In this document: piece after piece, positions 29,961 to 39,915 of the stretch
How positions within the stretch are numbered: position 1 is the first letter of the stretch
Layout of the letters: every line of letters starts with the position of its first letter
DNA from: Ostreococcus lucimarinus
Taxonomy: Eukaryota
Assembly: GCA_000092065.1 (NCBI GenBank)
Contig: CP000586.1
DNA: 64,000 bases
Strand: one strand, 5' to 3'
Made by a program: the position numbers and the translations under genes
Notes under the pieces: model-generated
The model's input: only the letters and a program-made list of their open reading frames with translations
The model's database searches: none
Told to the model about the DNA's origin: nothing

Positions 29961-31144
29961 ATGTTCGAAGCCAGAATCAAGCAAGGCGCCGTGCTCAAGA
30001 AAGTCCTCGACTCGGTCAAGGACCTCGTCACCGACGCCAACTTCGAGGCCGACCCCGTCGAAGGTTTCAAACTCCAAGCCATGGATTCGAGCCACGTCTC
30101 GTTGGTCTCGCTCAAGCTTCACGCCGATGGCTTCGAGCACTACCGATGCGATCGCGCGTTGACGATGGGGATGAACCTGGCAAATATGGTGCGTCGATCG
30201 GCGTCGTCGAACGGGCGTCGTGGCGCGCACGCGCGCGGCGCGAGGCGATTCCACGCGCGATCGGGTCGTTCGCGGTTCGCGGTCGGCGCGCGCGATGCCG
30301 CGCGTGTGTGACGCCGCGTGACGTCGCGTGGGGGATGCGTCGACGTGGAACGGTGAAAGAAAATTGTTTGGGTCGAACGGCGCGGTCGCGCGCGGTGATG
30401 CGCGCGCGCGCGAGGTGGACGCGTGCGATGCAGTTGACTGACGAGTTTTGCTGGTTTGATTTTAAACTCCTCGCAGGCGAAGATGTTGAAGTGCGCCGGT
30501 AACGATGACGCGATCACGATGAAGGCGGATGACGCGGGTGATACCGTGACGTTCATGTTTGAATCTCCGGGTGCGTGGCGACGCGCGCGCGCGAACGAGC
30601 GAGTGTAGGAGCGCGACGACACGCGAACGTGTTCAAAGCGCCAGACGACTGACGAGACGACACCTTTCCACGCTTGACAGATCAACAAAAGATTTCGGAC
30701 TTTGAATTGAAGCTAATGGACATCGACAGCGAACACTTGGGGATTCCGGAGACGGACTATGACGTCACACTCAGAATGCCTTCGGTTGAGTTTCAACGCA
30801 TCTGCCGCGACTTGGCGTCCATCGGCGATACGGTGGGCATCAGCGTGACGAAGGATGGCGTCAAGTTTTCTACTACGGGTGACATTGGTGAAGCGAACAT
30901 TACCGTGCGCCAAAACTCCGAGGATGACAAGGACAAGATGATCGCCATCGAACTCGGCGCGCCGGTGAGCTTGACCTTTGCGCTCCGCTACTTGAACTCT
31001 TTCACCAAGGCGACTCCGTTGTGCGACCAAGTGATCGTCCGCTTGAGCCCGAACTTGCCGGTCGTCGTGCAGTACGCTGTTACTGAAGTTGGCTATGTCT
31101 CGTACTTCCTGGCGCCGAAGATCGAAGATGACGACGCTATGTAG
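29961..31144 (+). CDS. PCNA: Proliferating cell nuclear antigen, three exons: 29961..30188, 30477..30570, 30681..31144
   Basis: [29 protein letters not shown]...[14 protein letters not shown] then GTGCGT. Exon 2 [31 protein letters not shown](g) then GTGCGTG. Exon 3 starts (D)[23 protein letters not shown]... and ends [10 protein letters not shown]. The spliced CDS is 786 nt and 261 aa, identical in length to human PCNA and collinear with it. Confidence 0.9.
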
Positions 31145-31278
31145 ATTTGCGTTCGTGCGTCATTAGAAAACGACCTGGTTAGCGAGAGCGAGTGTGAAAT
31201 ATTACAGAAATCGAATCCTTCATGAACAAACAATCGCTATCGTACATAAAATTACATTTCCTAACCGTTCTAATCGTA

Positions 31279-32754
31279 TCATCGCCACAGCGCGTCGGCT
31301 ACTCGCGCGGCGTCCGCGGACAGCGCGACGTTATGAACTCGGACGACGTCCGCACCACCTCTAACGGCGGCGACGAGCGCTGCCACGGACGCGGCGTCTC
31401 GCTCGCTCGCTTCGGACCTTCCCGATATCTCACCGAGAAAACGTTTGCGAGACGCACCCACGAGCATCGGGGCGTTCATGAGCGCTCCGCCTAAGGGGGC
31501 TAAGCGGCTTCGGACGCGTGGCAAATCTCGCAACAGCTCGATGTTGGCTCGACCCGTCTTCGCGAAACCGATGCCCGGATCAATCCACAGACGCCATGGC
31601 TCTATACCGTACTCCACACATCGACGTGCGGTCGCTAAGAGACCATCACCAACCTCGTCACAAATGTGCCCATCGTACGTCGTGTTCTTCGCGCTCTGCA
31701 TACTGTTCGGATCGCCTCGAACATGCATGACGACGTACGGCAGAGGCTTCTCCAAACGCGCCACCGTCGGTAGCATCGCGGGGTCCCACGCTCCGCCGCT
31801 GACATCGTTGATGATGTCAGCCCCAGCATCCGCAGCCGCGCTCGCGACGGCGCCATAAAACGTATCTACAGAGATGTAAACGTCTTCTCTTTCGCTAAAC
31901 GCTTGAGCGAGCGCGCGTATGACGGGGATCACCCGCGAACTCTCTACTTCTCCACTCACCCTCGTCGCCCCTGGTCGCGTCGACTGCCCACCAACGTCTA
32001 TTATCGTCGCCCCCGCGGCGACCATTTCCCTGGCGTGTCGCACAGCCACGTCCACGCCGCCGTCGTACGCGCCGCCGTCGCTAAACGAATCCGGTGTCAC
32101 GTTCAAAATACCCATCACCATCGTCTCTCGACCCCAGCTCCACAATCTGTCTCTCATCGGGATCACGCGCGCTATATCACCACTTTCCATCGCCGTAACC
32201 TCTCCATCGGTGCCGTCCCAAATCCTCCGAGCCTCGAGCAGCCCTTCCGTCGTCGCGTCGCTCGTCGTCGCCGCCGTCGCTGCGCCCGTCAAATCTGCGA
32301 GCGGCGCCAGCACGAACGGCCGCTCGGCGTAGCGCGCGTGCGGAACCGTCAATCTGTCGCACGAATGCGAGCCTTGCCCGTGGAATATGACGTCCAAATC
32401 CATCGGCCTCGGTCCGTACCGCCGCGTCCCGAAGTCTCGCCCCAGCGCCGCCTCGATGGCTTTCAGCCCATCCAGCAGCGCCAGCGGATCTCGCGCGACG
32501 TCGTCGGGAAAAGATCCGACGCACGCGGCGTTCAAAAACTTCCCCTGGTCCTCGACGTACGCCGGAGCGGTCTCGTAGAGCGAGGAATGCGCGTGAAGCT
32601 CGAAACCGAGGTCACGCCTGAGTTTAGCGAACGCGTCGCGAAACAACCCGACGCGATCGCCTTGATTCGATCCGAGCGCGAGCACGGCGCGCGTGCGACC
32701 GTCGGCGACGGTCGCGTGCGCTCGCGCGAGACGACGCGCGAGCGCGCGCGACAT
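31279..32754 (-). CDS. Bifunctional folate-synthesis enzyme HPPK-DHPS (6-hydroxymethyl-7,8-dihydropterin pyrophosphokinase / dihydropteroate synthase)
   Basis: HPPK part AVLALGSNQGDRVGLF...LYETAPAYVEDQGKFLNAACV. DHPS pterin-binding part MGILNVTPDSFSDGG...IIDVGGQSTRPGA...GASRKRF. 491 aa. Confidence 0.85.
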   Translation of the reverse strand: MSRALARRLARAHATVADGRTRAVLALGSNQGDRVGLFRDAFAKLRRDLGFELHAHSSLYETAPAYVEDQGKFLNAACVGSFPDDVARDPLALLDGLKAIEAALGRDFGTRRYGPRPMDLDVIFHGQGSHSCDRLTVPHARYAERPFVLAPLADLTGAATAATTSDATTEGLLEARRIWDGTDGEVTAMESGDIARVIPMRDRLWSWGRETMVMGILNVTPDSFSDGGAYDGGVDVAVRHAREMVAAGATIIDVGGQSTRPGATRVSGEVESSRVIPVIRALAQAFSEREDVYISVDTFYGAVASAAADAGADIINDVSGGAWDPAMLPTVARLEKPLPYVVMHVRGDPNSMQSAKNTTYDGHICDEVGDGLLATARRCVEYGIEPWRLWIDPGIGFAKTGRANIELLRDLPRVRSRLAPLGGALMNAPMLVGASRKRFLGEISGRSEASERDAASVAALVAAVRGGADVVRVHNVALSADAARVADALWR

Positions 32755-32838
32755 GTCGCGTCGGCGTGTGCGGCGAAGCTTCGCGAGCTATAAACTTAAA
32801 CTACAAATTCAACCGCTAATTCGCGCGCACTCCAGCGC

Positions 32839-33435
32839 CTACGACTCGTCCGCGCTGTCACCCGCGAACGTCTTCTTACCCTTCGCCGGCACTGGGTCCT
32901 CGTTCACCGGATAGTCGCCGTAACAATACGCCGTGTCGTACGCGTACGTGTTCTCGTGAAACGTCACGCTCGGCTGCGTTCGACACCGACTCTTGCAGTA
33001 CTCGAACGCGTCTTCGAAAAAACCCGTCGCGATTTGATTCCTCCCTCGCGCGTGTCGCTTCATCGCCGCTTCCACGTCGTGCGTCGGTCCTTGACAACAC
33101 GCCGCGCACGTCTCGTAATCTCGACAGCACCGCGCGCTCTCGTCGCACCCGTCGCACGCGTACCGCGCCGCCGTCGTCGTCGTCGAGCAGCACCCGGTGA
33201 CGGAGTCCACCTCGTACCACGCGCACGCGCGCCCTCGATCGTCCACGACGCGCCGCGCGTCGACGTGCGCGTTTTCGCACGTCGCGCGCGCGTCGTCGCG
33301 CGCGCGCGCGCTCGACGTCGCCGCGCCGGCGTCGCGCGCGCCGATCGTCGCGGGATACTCGCGCGCGGTCGCGCCTCGCGCGAGCGCGGCGACGAGCGCG
33401 ACGACGACGTCGGCGCGTCGTCGTCGTCGTCCCAT
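32839..33435 (-). CDS. Small cysteine-rich secreted protein (about 198 aa, 18 Cys), unknown family
   Basis: Signal peptide MGRRRRRADVVVALVAALARGATA. Cys-rich body with CC doublets (GCCS, RCCRD, AACCQ) ...TCENAHVD...CAWYEVDSVTGCCS...YACDGCDESARCCRDYETCAACCQGPTHD...YCKSRCRTQP...AYCYGDY. The longer ORF extending to 33888 is rejected as a GC artefact. Confidence 0.45.
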   Translation of the reverse strand: MGRRRRRADVVVALVAALARGATAREYPATIGARDAGAATSSARARDDARATCENAHVDARRVVDDRGRACAWYEVDSVTGCCSTTTTAARYACDGCDESARCCRDYETCAACCQGPTHDVEAAMKRHARGRNQIATGFFEDAFEYCKSRCRTQPSVTFHENTYAYDTAYCYGDYPVNEDPVPAKGKKTFAGDSADES

Positions 33436-33573
33436 CGCGTCGCCGACTGCCGACAGAGGTTTGCCGACGCGCGTCGTCGCGCGCGCCGCACACATCGACG
33501 CCGCGGCGCGCGCCGTCGAGCGAGCGCTCGGAGAAAACGCGCGCGGGCGTCGCGCGGGCGTCGTCGGGCGATC

Positions 33574-34740
33574 ATGGCGCCCGGCGACGCGGAGGACGCG
33601 GCGAAGGCGCTCGAGCAGGTTTCGATCGGCGGCGACGGCGAGGGCGGTGGTGACGCGGCGAAGGCGAATCCCGTGCACGAGGCGAGCGGAATGACGCTCG
33701 ACGCGCGGCTCGAGCTCGCGCTGACGATCGCTGAGGAGTGCATACAGCCGGATGAACTGCGGAAGCTGCTGGAGAAGAAACCCACGCCGGTGTGCTACGA
33801 CGGCTTCGAGCCGAGCGGGCGGATGCACATCGCGCAGGGCGTCATGAAGGCGCTGAACGTGAATAAACTGACGAAGATTGGATGCCACTTTAAATTTTGG
33901 GTCGCCGATTGGTTCGCGCTGATGAATAATAAGATGGGCGGGGATTTAAAGAAGATTCAAAAAGTTGGGAAATACATGGTCGAGGTGTGGAAGGCGATTG
34001 GGATGGATTTGGACCACGTCGAATTCGTGTGGTCGAGCGAAGAGATCAACAAGAAGGCGGATGAATACTGGCCGTTGGTGTTGGATATCGCGCGTAAGAA
34101 TAAGCTCGCGCGGATTTTGAGGTGCTCGCAAATCATGGGGCGAAGCGAGAGCGACGAGTTGGCGGCGTCGCAAATTTTCTACCCGTGCATGCAGTGCGCG
34201 GACATCTTCTTTCTCAAGGCGGACATCTGCCAGCTCGGGATGGATCAACGCAAGGTGAATATGCTCGCGAGAGAGTACTGCGACGACATCAAGCGCAAGA
34301 ACAAGCCCATCATCTTGTCTCACCACATGCTCATGGGATTGAAGCAAGGCCAAGAGAAGATGTCCAAGTCCGATCCGGATTCGGCGATTTTCATGGAGGA
34401 CAGCGAGCAAGAGGTGAACACGAAGATCAAGAAGGCATATTGCCCGGAGAAGGAAATCGCGGGGAACCCGTGCATGGAGTACATCAAGTACGTCATCATT
34501 CCTTGGTCGAACAAGTTTGAGCTCAAGCGCAAGGAAGAGAACGGCGGCGACAAGACGTACGAGACGTACGATGAATTGGAGGCGGACTACGTCTCCGGTG
34601 CCGTGCACCCGGGCGACTTGAAGCCGTCTCTCGCGGCCATGCTTAACGAAATTTTGCAGCCCGTTCGCGATCACTTTAAGAACAACGCCGAAGCCAAGGC
34701 GCTGCTCGCGCAAATCAAGCAATACAAGGTGACGAAGTAG
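33574..34740 (+). CDS. Tyrosyl-tRNA synthetase (cytosolic type)
   Basis: MAPGDAED...CYDGFEPSGRMHIAQGV (HIGH-like), KMSKS motif (GQEKMSKSDPDSAIFM), FYPCMQCADIFFLKADICQLGMDQRKVNMLARE. 388 aa. Confidence 0.85.
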   Translation: MAPGDAEDAAKALEQVSIGGDGEGGGDAAKANPVHEASGMTLDARLELALTIAEECIQPDELRKLLEKKPTPVCYDGFEPSGRMHIAQGVMKALNVNKLTKIGCHFKFWVADWFALMNNKMGGDLKKIQKVGKYMVEVWKAIGMDLDHVEFVWSSEEINKKADEYWPLVLDIARKNKLARILRCSQIMGRSESDELAASQIFYPCMQCADIFFLKADICQLGMDQRKVNMLAREYCDDIKRKNKPIILSHHMLMGLKQGQEKMSKSDPDSAIFMEDSEQEVNTKIKKAYCPEKEIAGNPCMEYIKYVIIPWSNKFELKRKEENGGDKTYETYDELEADYVSGAVHPGDLKPSLAAMLNEILQPVRDHFKNNAEAKALLAQIKQYKVTK

Positions 34741-34793
34741 CTCTCAAACGACTTGATCTAACGCAAACGATTGATTAAAAGAAACAATGAAAC

Positions 34794-35570
34794 CTAAAAT
34801 AATTTGTTCTTGAAGCTCACGAGCGCGCGCCCGATCTGCCCCCAGATGTTGTCTTGCAGAAATACATCAAACTTTTGAAAATCGCCGTTACCGACGTCCA
34901 AATCGGTGTGGAAATCCAACGTGCGAAGCTCGCAGTTCTGAAACTCGTCCCCCGTGAGCGAGTAACACACCCCCCAATGCGCGATGACGGCGATCGATTT
35001 CTCCGGTCTCGCGTCCAACCATCGTCGGAACTCTTGCATTCGTTCCTCGAACACGTCCACGGGCTCGAGCTCAGCCGTCGTGAACGGATCCTTCCCGTCC
35101 GGCGTGTACCACCACGTCGCGTCGTCGTCGCCCATCTCGGTCAAATCCCAATCCGGATGGTCCTCCCCGAGCTCGCGCGCGACTCGCCCGATATCGCTCC
35201 CGTGAAACACCCGCTCGCGCGCCAGCGCGCAGACCACGCGCGGGACGTCCCCGAGCGCGTCTTCGCCCGCGGCGCCGAACGCCAGCTCCGCCGTGCGCAG
35301 CGCTCGCCGCAGCGGACTCGCCACGATCAATTCAGGCGCCGGCTCCAGCGCCGTCGCGATCGTTCGCAGCGCGCGCGCCTGCGCCTCGCCCTCGCTCGTC
35401 AACCGCGTGTCGATCATCATCGGATCCACGAAATCCGGGTCCGCCCAGTGGTTCTCTCTGAGGTAATCATTCATCTCCGTGCGCCCGTGACGCACGAGAT
35501 GGATCGTCTTCGCGTCCCCGCGCGCGGGCGCTTTCGCGGACGCGCGCTTTCGCTTCGCGAAGGTCGACAT
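34794..35570 (-). CDS. Histidine-phosphatase superfamily protein (phosphoglycerate-mutase-like)
   Basis: Catalytic motif LVRHGRTEMN, then ...SPLRRALRTAE and ...VIAHWGV. The start is either MSTFAKRKR at 35570 or the upstream ATG at 35624. Confidence 0.6.
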   Translation of the reverse strand: MSTFAKRKRASAKAPARGDAKTIHLVRHGRTEMNDYLRENHWADPDFVDPMMIDTRLTSEGEAQARALRTIATALEPAPELIVASPLRRALRTAELAFGAAGEDALGDVPRVVCALARERVFHGSDIGRVARELGEDHPDWDLTEMGDDDATWWYTPDGKDPFTTAELEPVDVFEERMQEFRRWLDARPEKSIAVIAHWGVCYSLTGDEFQNCELRTLDFHTDLDVGNGDFQKFDVFLQDNIWGQIGRALVSFKNKLF

Positions 35571-35640
35571 CGACACGTTCCCGAGCTCGGGCGTGCCGGA
35601 CGCGGCGACGGCGATCCACCGCATGGCGCGACGACGCGCG

Positions 35641-35724
35641 ACGCGACGCGACGCGACGCGACGTGGCGCGACCGACCGACCGACCGACCGACCGACCGAC
35701 CGACCGACCGACCGACCGACCGAC
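35641..35724. repeat. Compound microsatellite: (ACGCG)~4.5 at 35641..35664 followed by (ACCG)~13 at 35671..35724
   Basis: Direct reading: acgcgacgcgacgcgacgcgacgt ... accgaccgaccgaccg...cgac. Lies in the divergent promoter / 5' region between the PGAM-like gene and GBSSI. Confidence 0.9.
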
Positions 35725-35735
35725 GCGTCGGCCCG

Positions 35736-35842
35736 CTCGTATCGATACGAGCTGATACCGTATTGGCGTATCGACGTATCAGACTTTTTGTATGGGCAAA
35801 CAGTGTAAAATCGCCGATTTCAATACGTATCGGGAAATTCCC
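35736..35842. promoter_or_regulatory. Palindromic elements in the divergent PGAM-like / GBSSI promoter: 16-bp perfect palindrome CTCGTATCGATACGAG (35736..35751) and GGGAAATTCCC (35832..35842)
   Basis: Both are exact reverse-complement palindromes read directly. They sit in the only AT-moderate stretch of the 735-bp divergent intergenic region, next to the microsatellites. Confidence 0.3.
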
Positions 35843-36359
35843 AATACCGGATTCAAGCACCCCGACCGACGCGCGCGATCCGCGATCATCGTAAATCACA
35901 CCATCACTGTTTGCACACATACCGATTGTCCGAATACACCGACACCCCCCCCCCGACGACACCCGTATTCCGACCCCGAAAAAGCGCGGGAAATCGTCAT
36001 CCACCGCGGCGCCGCGTGCGCCACTCGTTCGGCGCTGAGTGACGCTGGCACTCGCGACGCGCGCGACGACCGCACTTTTGCACACACGCCGCGACGCACG
36101 CCATGCGCGCGCACACGACCTCCCGAACGTGCGTGAACGACGCGACGCGCGGACGCGAACGCGGACGCGGACGCGACGCCGCGCGGTGACGCCGCGCGGA
36201 CGCCGCGGATGCGATGGCGATCGAGATATTTTAATCGCGAACGCGCGCGTGACGTCGCGAAGACGCGATCGGGACGCGCGCGCGAGGGCGACGCGCGAAC
36301 GAACGCGGACGACGGCGGCGACGAGGCGACGCGCGAGGACTGGAGACTGACGGAGATTC

Positions 36360-38111
36360 GTGAGGTTTTATCGACGGCGTAGGTCGGTTCGAGCGACGTT
36401 CGCGTCCAAGACGCGCGCGGCGTCGTCGACCAAGCGCGCGACCGCGGTTCGCGCGGCGTCTAAATCCACGATGACCGTGGCGGAGATCGCGAAGAGCGAA
36501 CGACCGATGAAAATTGTTTTCGTGTCCGCGGAATGCGCGCCGTGGTCGAAGACCGGTGGCCTCGGTGACGTCGTGGGATCGTTGCCGGTGGAGCTCGCCA
36601 AGCGCGGGCACAAGGTGATGACGATCTCGCCGCGTTACGATCAGTACAAGGGCGCGTGGGACACCTCCGTGCACGTCGAAGCGCTCGGTAAGTCTGTTGG
36701 CTTCTTCCACGAGAAGAAGAAGGGCGTCGATCGCGTGTTCGTCGATCACCCCGACTTCTTGGCCAAGGTTTGGGGTAAAACCGGCTCCAAGCTTTACGGC
36801 GAAAAGTCTGGGCACGACTTCGCGGACAACCAAGATCGCTTCGCGATGTTCTGCCACGCCGCCATCAAGGCGCCGGCGGCGCTCACCGAACTCGGTTTCG
36901 GCGAAGACGTCGTCTTCGTCGCAAACGACTGGCACTCCGCGCTCGTCCCGGTCATCTTGAACAAGGTGATGAAGCCGGCGGGTCAATTCACCAAGGCCAA
37001 GTGCGCGATGACGATTCACAACATCGCGTTCCAAGGTCGCTTCTTCCCGCAACCGATGGCCACCTACGGCTTGCCGGACTCTGCGGCTGACGACTTCTTC
37101 TTCGAAGACGGTTACTCCAAAGTGTACGACGAAACCAACCCGGCCAAGGAAGACGGCAAGGAGGAATTCGACGGCAAGATTTACCGCAAGGCCAACTGGC
37201 TCAAGGCGGGCTTCATGAACGCCGACAAGAACTTGACCGTGTCCGAAAACTACGCCAAGGAGATCGCATCCAGCAAGGCTAAGGGCGTTGAGCTCGATGA
37301 CGTCATCCGTGAATTCGGTATGGAAGGCATCGTCAACGGCATGGACCCGACCGAGTGGAACCCGTCGAGCGACAAGTTCATCGACGTCCCGTACGACAAG
37401 ACCACCGTCGTCGAAGGTAAGGCTGCCGCCAAGCAAGCGCTCCAAGCTGAAGTTGGCTTGCCGCTCGATGCCGATGCGCCGGTCTTCGGCTACATCGGTC
37501 GCCTCGAAGAGCAAAAGGGCTGTGACATCATGATGGCTGCCATCCCGAAGCTTTTGAAGCAAGTGCCGAACGCGCAAGTCGTCATCTTGGGTACCGGTAA
37601 GAAGAGCATGGAAAAGGCTCTCGAAAAGCTCGACGAAGCCGAACCCATGTGCGCGGGTGTCGTGAAGTTCTCCGCCCCGTTGGCGCACTTCATCACCGCC
37701 GGTGCCGACTTCTTGATGGTTCCGTCCCGCTTCGAACCGTGCGGTTTGATCCAACTCCACGCCATGCAATACGGCACCGTCCCGGTCGTCGCCTCCACCG
37801 GCGGTCTCGTTGACACCGTCAAGGAAGGTGTCACCGGTTACCACATGGGCGCCATGGACGCCGACACCCTCCTCCCGGCGGATGTCGACGCGATGGTTGA
37901 GACGTGCGCCGCCGCCGCCGCCGATTACGGTACTCCGCTCTACACCAAGATGTCCTCCACGTGCATCTCCCAAGACTTGTCTTGGGCTGAGCCGGCGAAG
38001 AAGTGGGAAGGTGTGCTCGAAGAAATGTACTTCGGTACCCCGGAGGCGGTCAAGAAGGCTGAAGTCGTCGTCCCCATCGCCAAGGCCGACGCGATCGCCG
38101 CGACGGCTTAA
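36360..38111 (+). CDS. GBSS1: Granule-bound starch synthase I (GBSSI, waxy), with transit peptide
   Basis: KIVFVSAECAPWSKTGGLGDV, PRYDQYKGAWDT, GVDRVFVDHPDFLAKVWGKTGSKLYG, GYIGRLEEQKGCDI, FEPCGLIQLHAMQYGTVPVVASTGGLVDTVKEGVTGYHMG: collinear with plant GBSSI over the full length. Confidence 0.85.
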   Translation: MRFYRRRRSVRATFASKTRAASSTKRATAVRAASKSTMTVAEIAKSERPMKIVFVSAECAPWSKTGGLGDVVGSLPVELAKRGHKVMTISPRYDQYKGAWDTSVHVEALGKSVGFFHEKKKGVDRVFVDHPDFLAKVWGKTGSKLYGEKSGHDFADNQDRFAMFCHAAIKAPAALTELGFGEDVVFVANDWHSALVPVILNKVMKPAGQFTKAKCAMTIHNIAFQGRFFPQPMATYGLPDSAADDFFFEDGYSKVYDETNPAKEDGKEEFDGKIYRKANWLKAGFMNADKNLTVSENYAKEIASSKAKGVELDDVIREFGMEGIVNGMDPTEWNPSSDKFIDVPYDKTTVVEGKAAAKQALQAEVGLPLDADAPVFGYIGRLEEQKGCDIMMAAIPKLLKQVPNAQVVILGTGKKSMEKALEKLDEAEPMCAGVVKFSAPLAHFITAGADFLMVPSRFEPCGLIQLHAMQYGTVPVVASTGGLVDTVKEGVTGYHMGAMDADTLLPADVDAMVETCAAAAADYGTPLYTKMSSTCISQDLSWAEPAKKWEGVLEEMYFGTPEAVKKAEVVVPIAKADAIAATA

Positions 38112-38275
38112 GCTCTCAAGTCTCCTGATTCTGTTTCACACAATTCATGATTTTACCGCGAAAACATGACGAATGGAATGTTGTAATAATTTTACCTTCG
38201 CGATAGTGCGCAATCAGTTAACGTTCGTTCGTCGTATGAGTGTTACATCTTTCGTTTCGCGAGGGTCTCGTATGG
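38112..38275. terminator. AT-rich convergent 3' UTR island (GBSSI / RAD21) with TGTAA
   Basis: ...ggaatgttgtaataattttacc... read directly. Sharp drop in GC between two stop codons. Confidence 0.45.
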
Positions 38276-39915
38276 CTAAGCTGCGCCGAAGGCGGCACCT
38301 TTCGAAATAGCGACGTCCCCGTACGTCATCAGCTGTTCGACTTTCAAGTACTCGTGCGCGTTGAGGACTAAAACCTGGTAGAACATGCGCGCCGCTTCGC
38401 CTCTCTTCTTCCCCACCGTGAGAGTATTGAGCGAAAGCGGGCGGTCTCCAGAAGCATCGAAAGCGCTCGTCAAGTGGTCGAGCATGAGCTTGGAGTTGAC
38501 GTTCCAATCCATGTCGCCTCCTTCCTCTTCGGCGCCGTCCTCCTCGACGTTCATTTCGAGGTTGAACTCTTCCGCACCGACATAGCCTCCATCATCGAAT
38601 CCGTTCTCGTTGTCGGCGTAGTCGAAGTTCATGGTGAACGGCTTGGCGTCCGCGTCGTCGTCGTTGGCTCGAGCAACACGCGGTTCGCCAGAGTCCGGAC
38701 GCCCCCAGCACGCGGCACTCGCCTTTCTATACGCGTCATTGAGCTTAGCACCGACATCACACGCCATGAGTCGTCCCCGTAGGCTCGCTTCTAAAGTTTC
38801 AGGATCGTTGAGCACGCCGTCGTCCTCCAACGGCGACGCGCGCTTGCTGACGATGTCGCGCGTATCCCTCAACTGCGCACGAATGTGATCGTTGGACAGA
38901 GTCACCGTGCGATCGAACACGACCACGCGATCGACCTTTCTGCGCTTACTCGCCGGACCGGGCTCACGATCATCCGGGCGATCACCCAATACGCTAGAAC
39001 CCGGGATGGACGGCAACGCGCCGCCGAACAAGCTCTCGCCGCCGACGCTTCTTCTCGCGGCGAACCCGTCGTCTTCATCCCCCATCAAATCCGCATCCAA
39101 CGCCAAAGGCAACACCCCTTCATCGCCGGCCCCGAATCCGTCGTCCATACCTCCATCGTATTCATCATCGTTAGGTGCTGTGTACTCGTCGTGCGCGTAG
39201 TCGTAATCCTCCAACTGCACGCCAGCCTCGACGACGGCGGAACGGAAAACTTCAACTTCAACGTCATCCTCGAGTCGTTCATCATCCACGGGTAATTGGT
39301 CGTTAAACTCAAACTGCGCGTCGAAGTCATCCACGTCCGGATCCGCCAGAGTGATGTTCTCTCTGCTCACGCTCGCTCGTCCCGTCGCGCCGTTCGCCAT
39401 GCCCGGGTCGAAGAAAAACTCCAAGTCGTCGTAGTTGTCCGGCAACGTAATCGTCGCATTCGGCGCCGTCGCCGCATCAGCGGGCAGATCAACCGTCCCA
39501 GGTCGGAAAACTTGCTTGATCTTCACCAACGCCTCGGAGCAATCTTGAAACAAGTAGTTCACCTTGCGACTGTAAATGCGAACCACCCCGAGCATCAATT
39601 GTCCCGAAAGCCTCAACGCCAGCGGCGCGTCGGGGTTAATGATGGATTCTGTTCGCGTCACACATCGCACCACGCGTCAGTCATCGCGTTCGCGCGCTCT
39701 TCGCTCTCTCTCTCGCGCGCGCGTCGTCCGACGAGCCGTTCGCGTCCCGTCGGCTCGCGTCCGCGGTTTGAATTGAATTCCGAATACGTACTCACTGACG
39801 AGACGATGTCCGTCTCCGCGATCTGATTCTTCCGCAGCTTGCGGTCCAAGTGCGCGGCGATCCAGATCGTCCCCAGCGGCCCGCGCTTGGCGAGAATGTA
39901 CTGCGAGTAGAACAT
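38276..39915 (-). CDS. RAD21: Cohesin kleisin RAD21/SCC1, two exons: 39792..39915 and 38276..39648, intron 39649..39791
   Basis: Exon 1 MFYSQYILAKRGPLGTIWIAAHLDRKLRKNQIAETDIVSSV(a) then GTACGT. Exon 2 after CAG gives (K)SIINPDAPLALRLSGQLMLGVVRIYSRKVNYLFQDCSEALVKIKQ. C-terminal winged-helix AARMFYQVLVLNAHEYLKVEQLMTYGDVAI. Matches RAD21 at both ends. Confidence 0.8.

Noticed and set aside
30437-30470. Box C/D snoRNA in PCNA intron 1 (GTGATGC ... CTGAC)
   Set aside because: The C box is imperfect (GTGATGC rather than TGATGA) and I saw no terminal stem. It is mentioned only within the PCNA intron finding, not as a feature.
33946-34722. 258-aa minus ORF inside the TyrRS gene
   Set aside because: Antisense to a strongly conserved TyrRS, with no recognisable domain.
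35832-35842. GGGAAATTCCC read as an NF-kappaB site
   Set aside because: It is a perfect kappaB-like palindrome, but green algae lack Rel/NF-kappaB. I kept it only as a generic palindromic candidate transcription-factor site.
35792-36136. 114-aa plus ORF in the PGAM-like/GBSSI intergenic region
   Set aside because: Pro/Arg/Thr-rich composition with no motif. It lies in a repeat- and palindrome-rich promoter region, so it is more likely non-coding.
36231-37973. 580-aa minus-strand ORF antisense to GBSSI
   Set aside because: Gly/Arg/Val-rich low-complexity translation with no family signal. The opposite strand encodes a full-length, highly conserved GBSSI. A typical GC3-driven antisense ORF.
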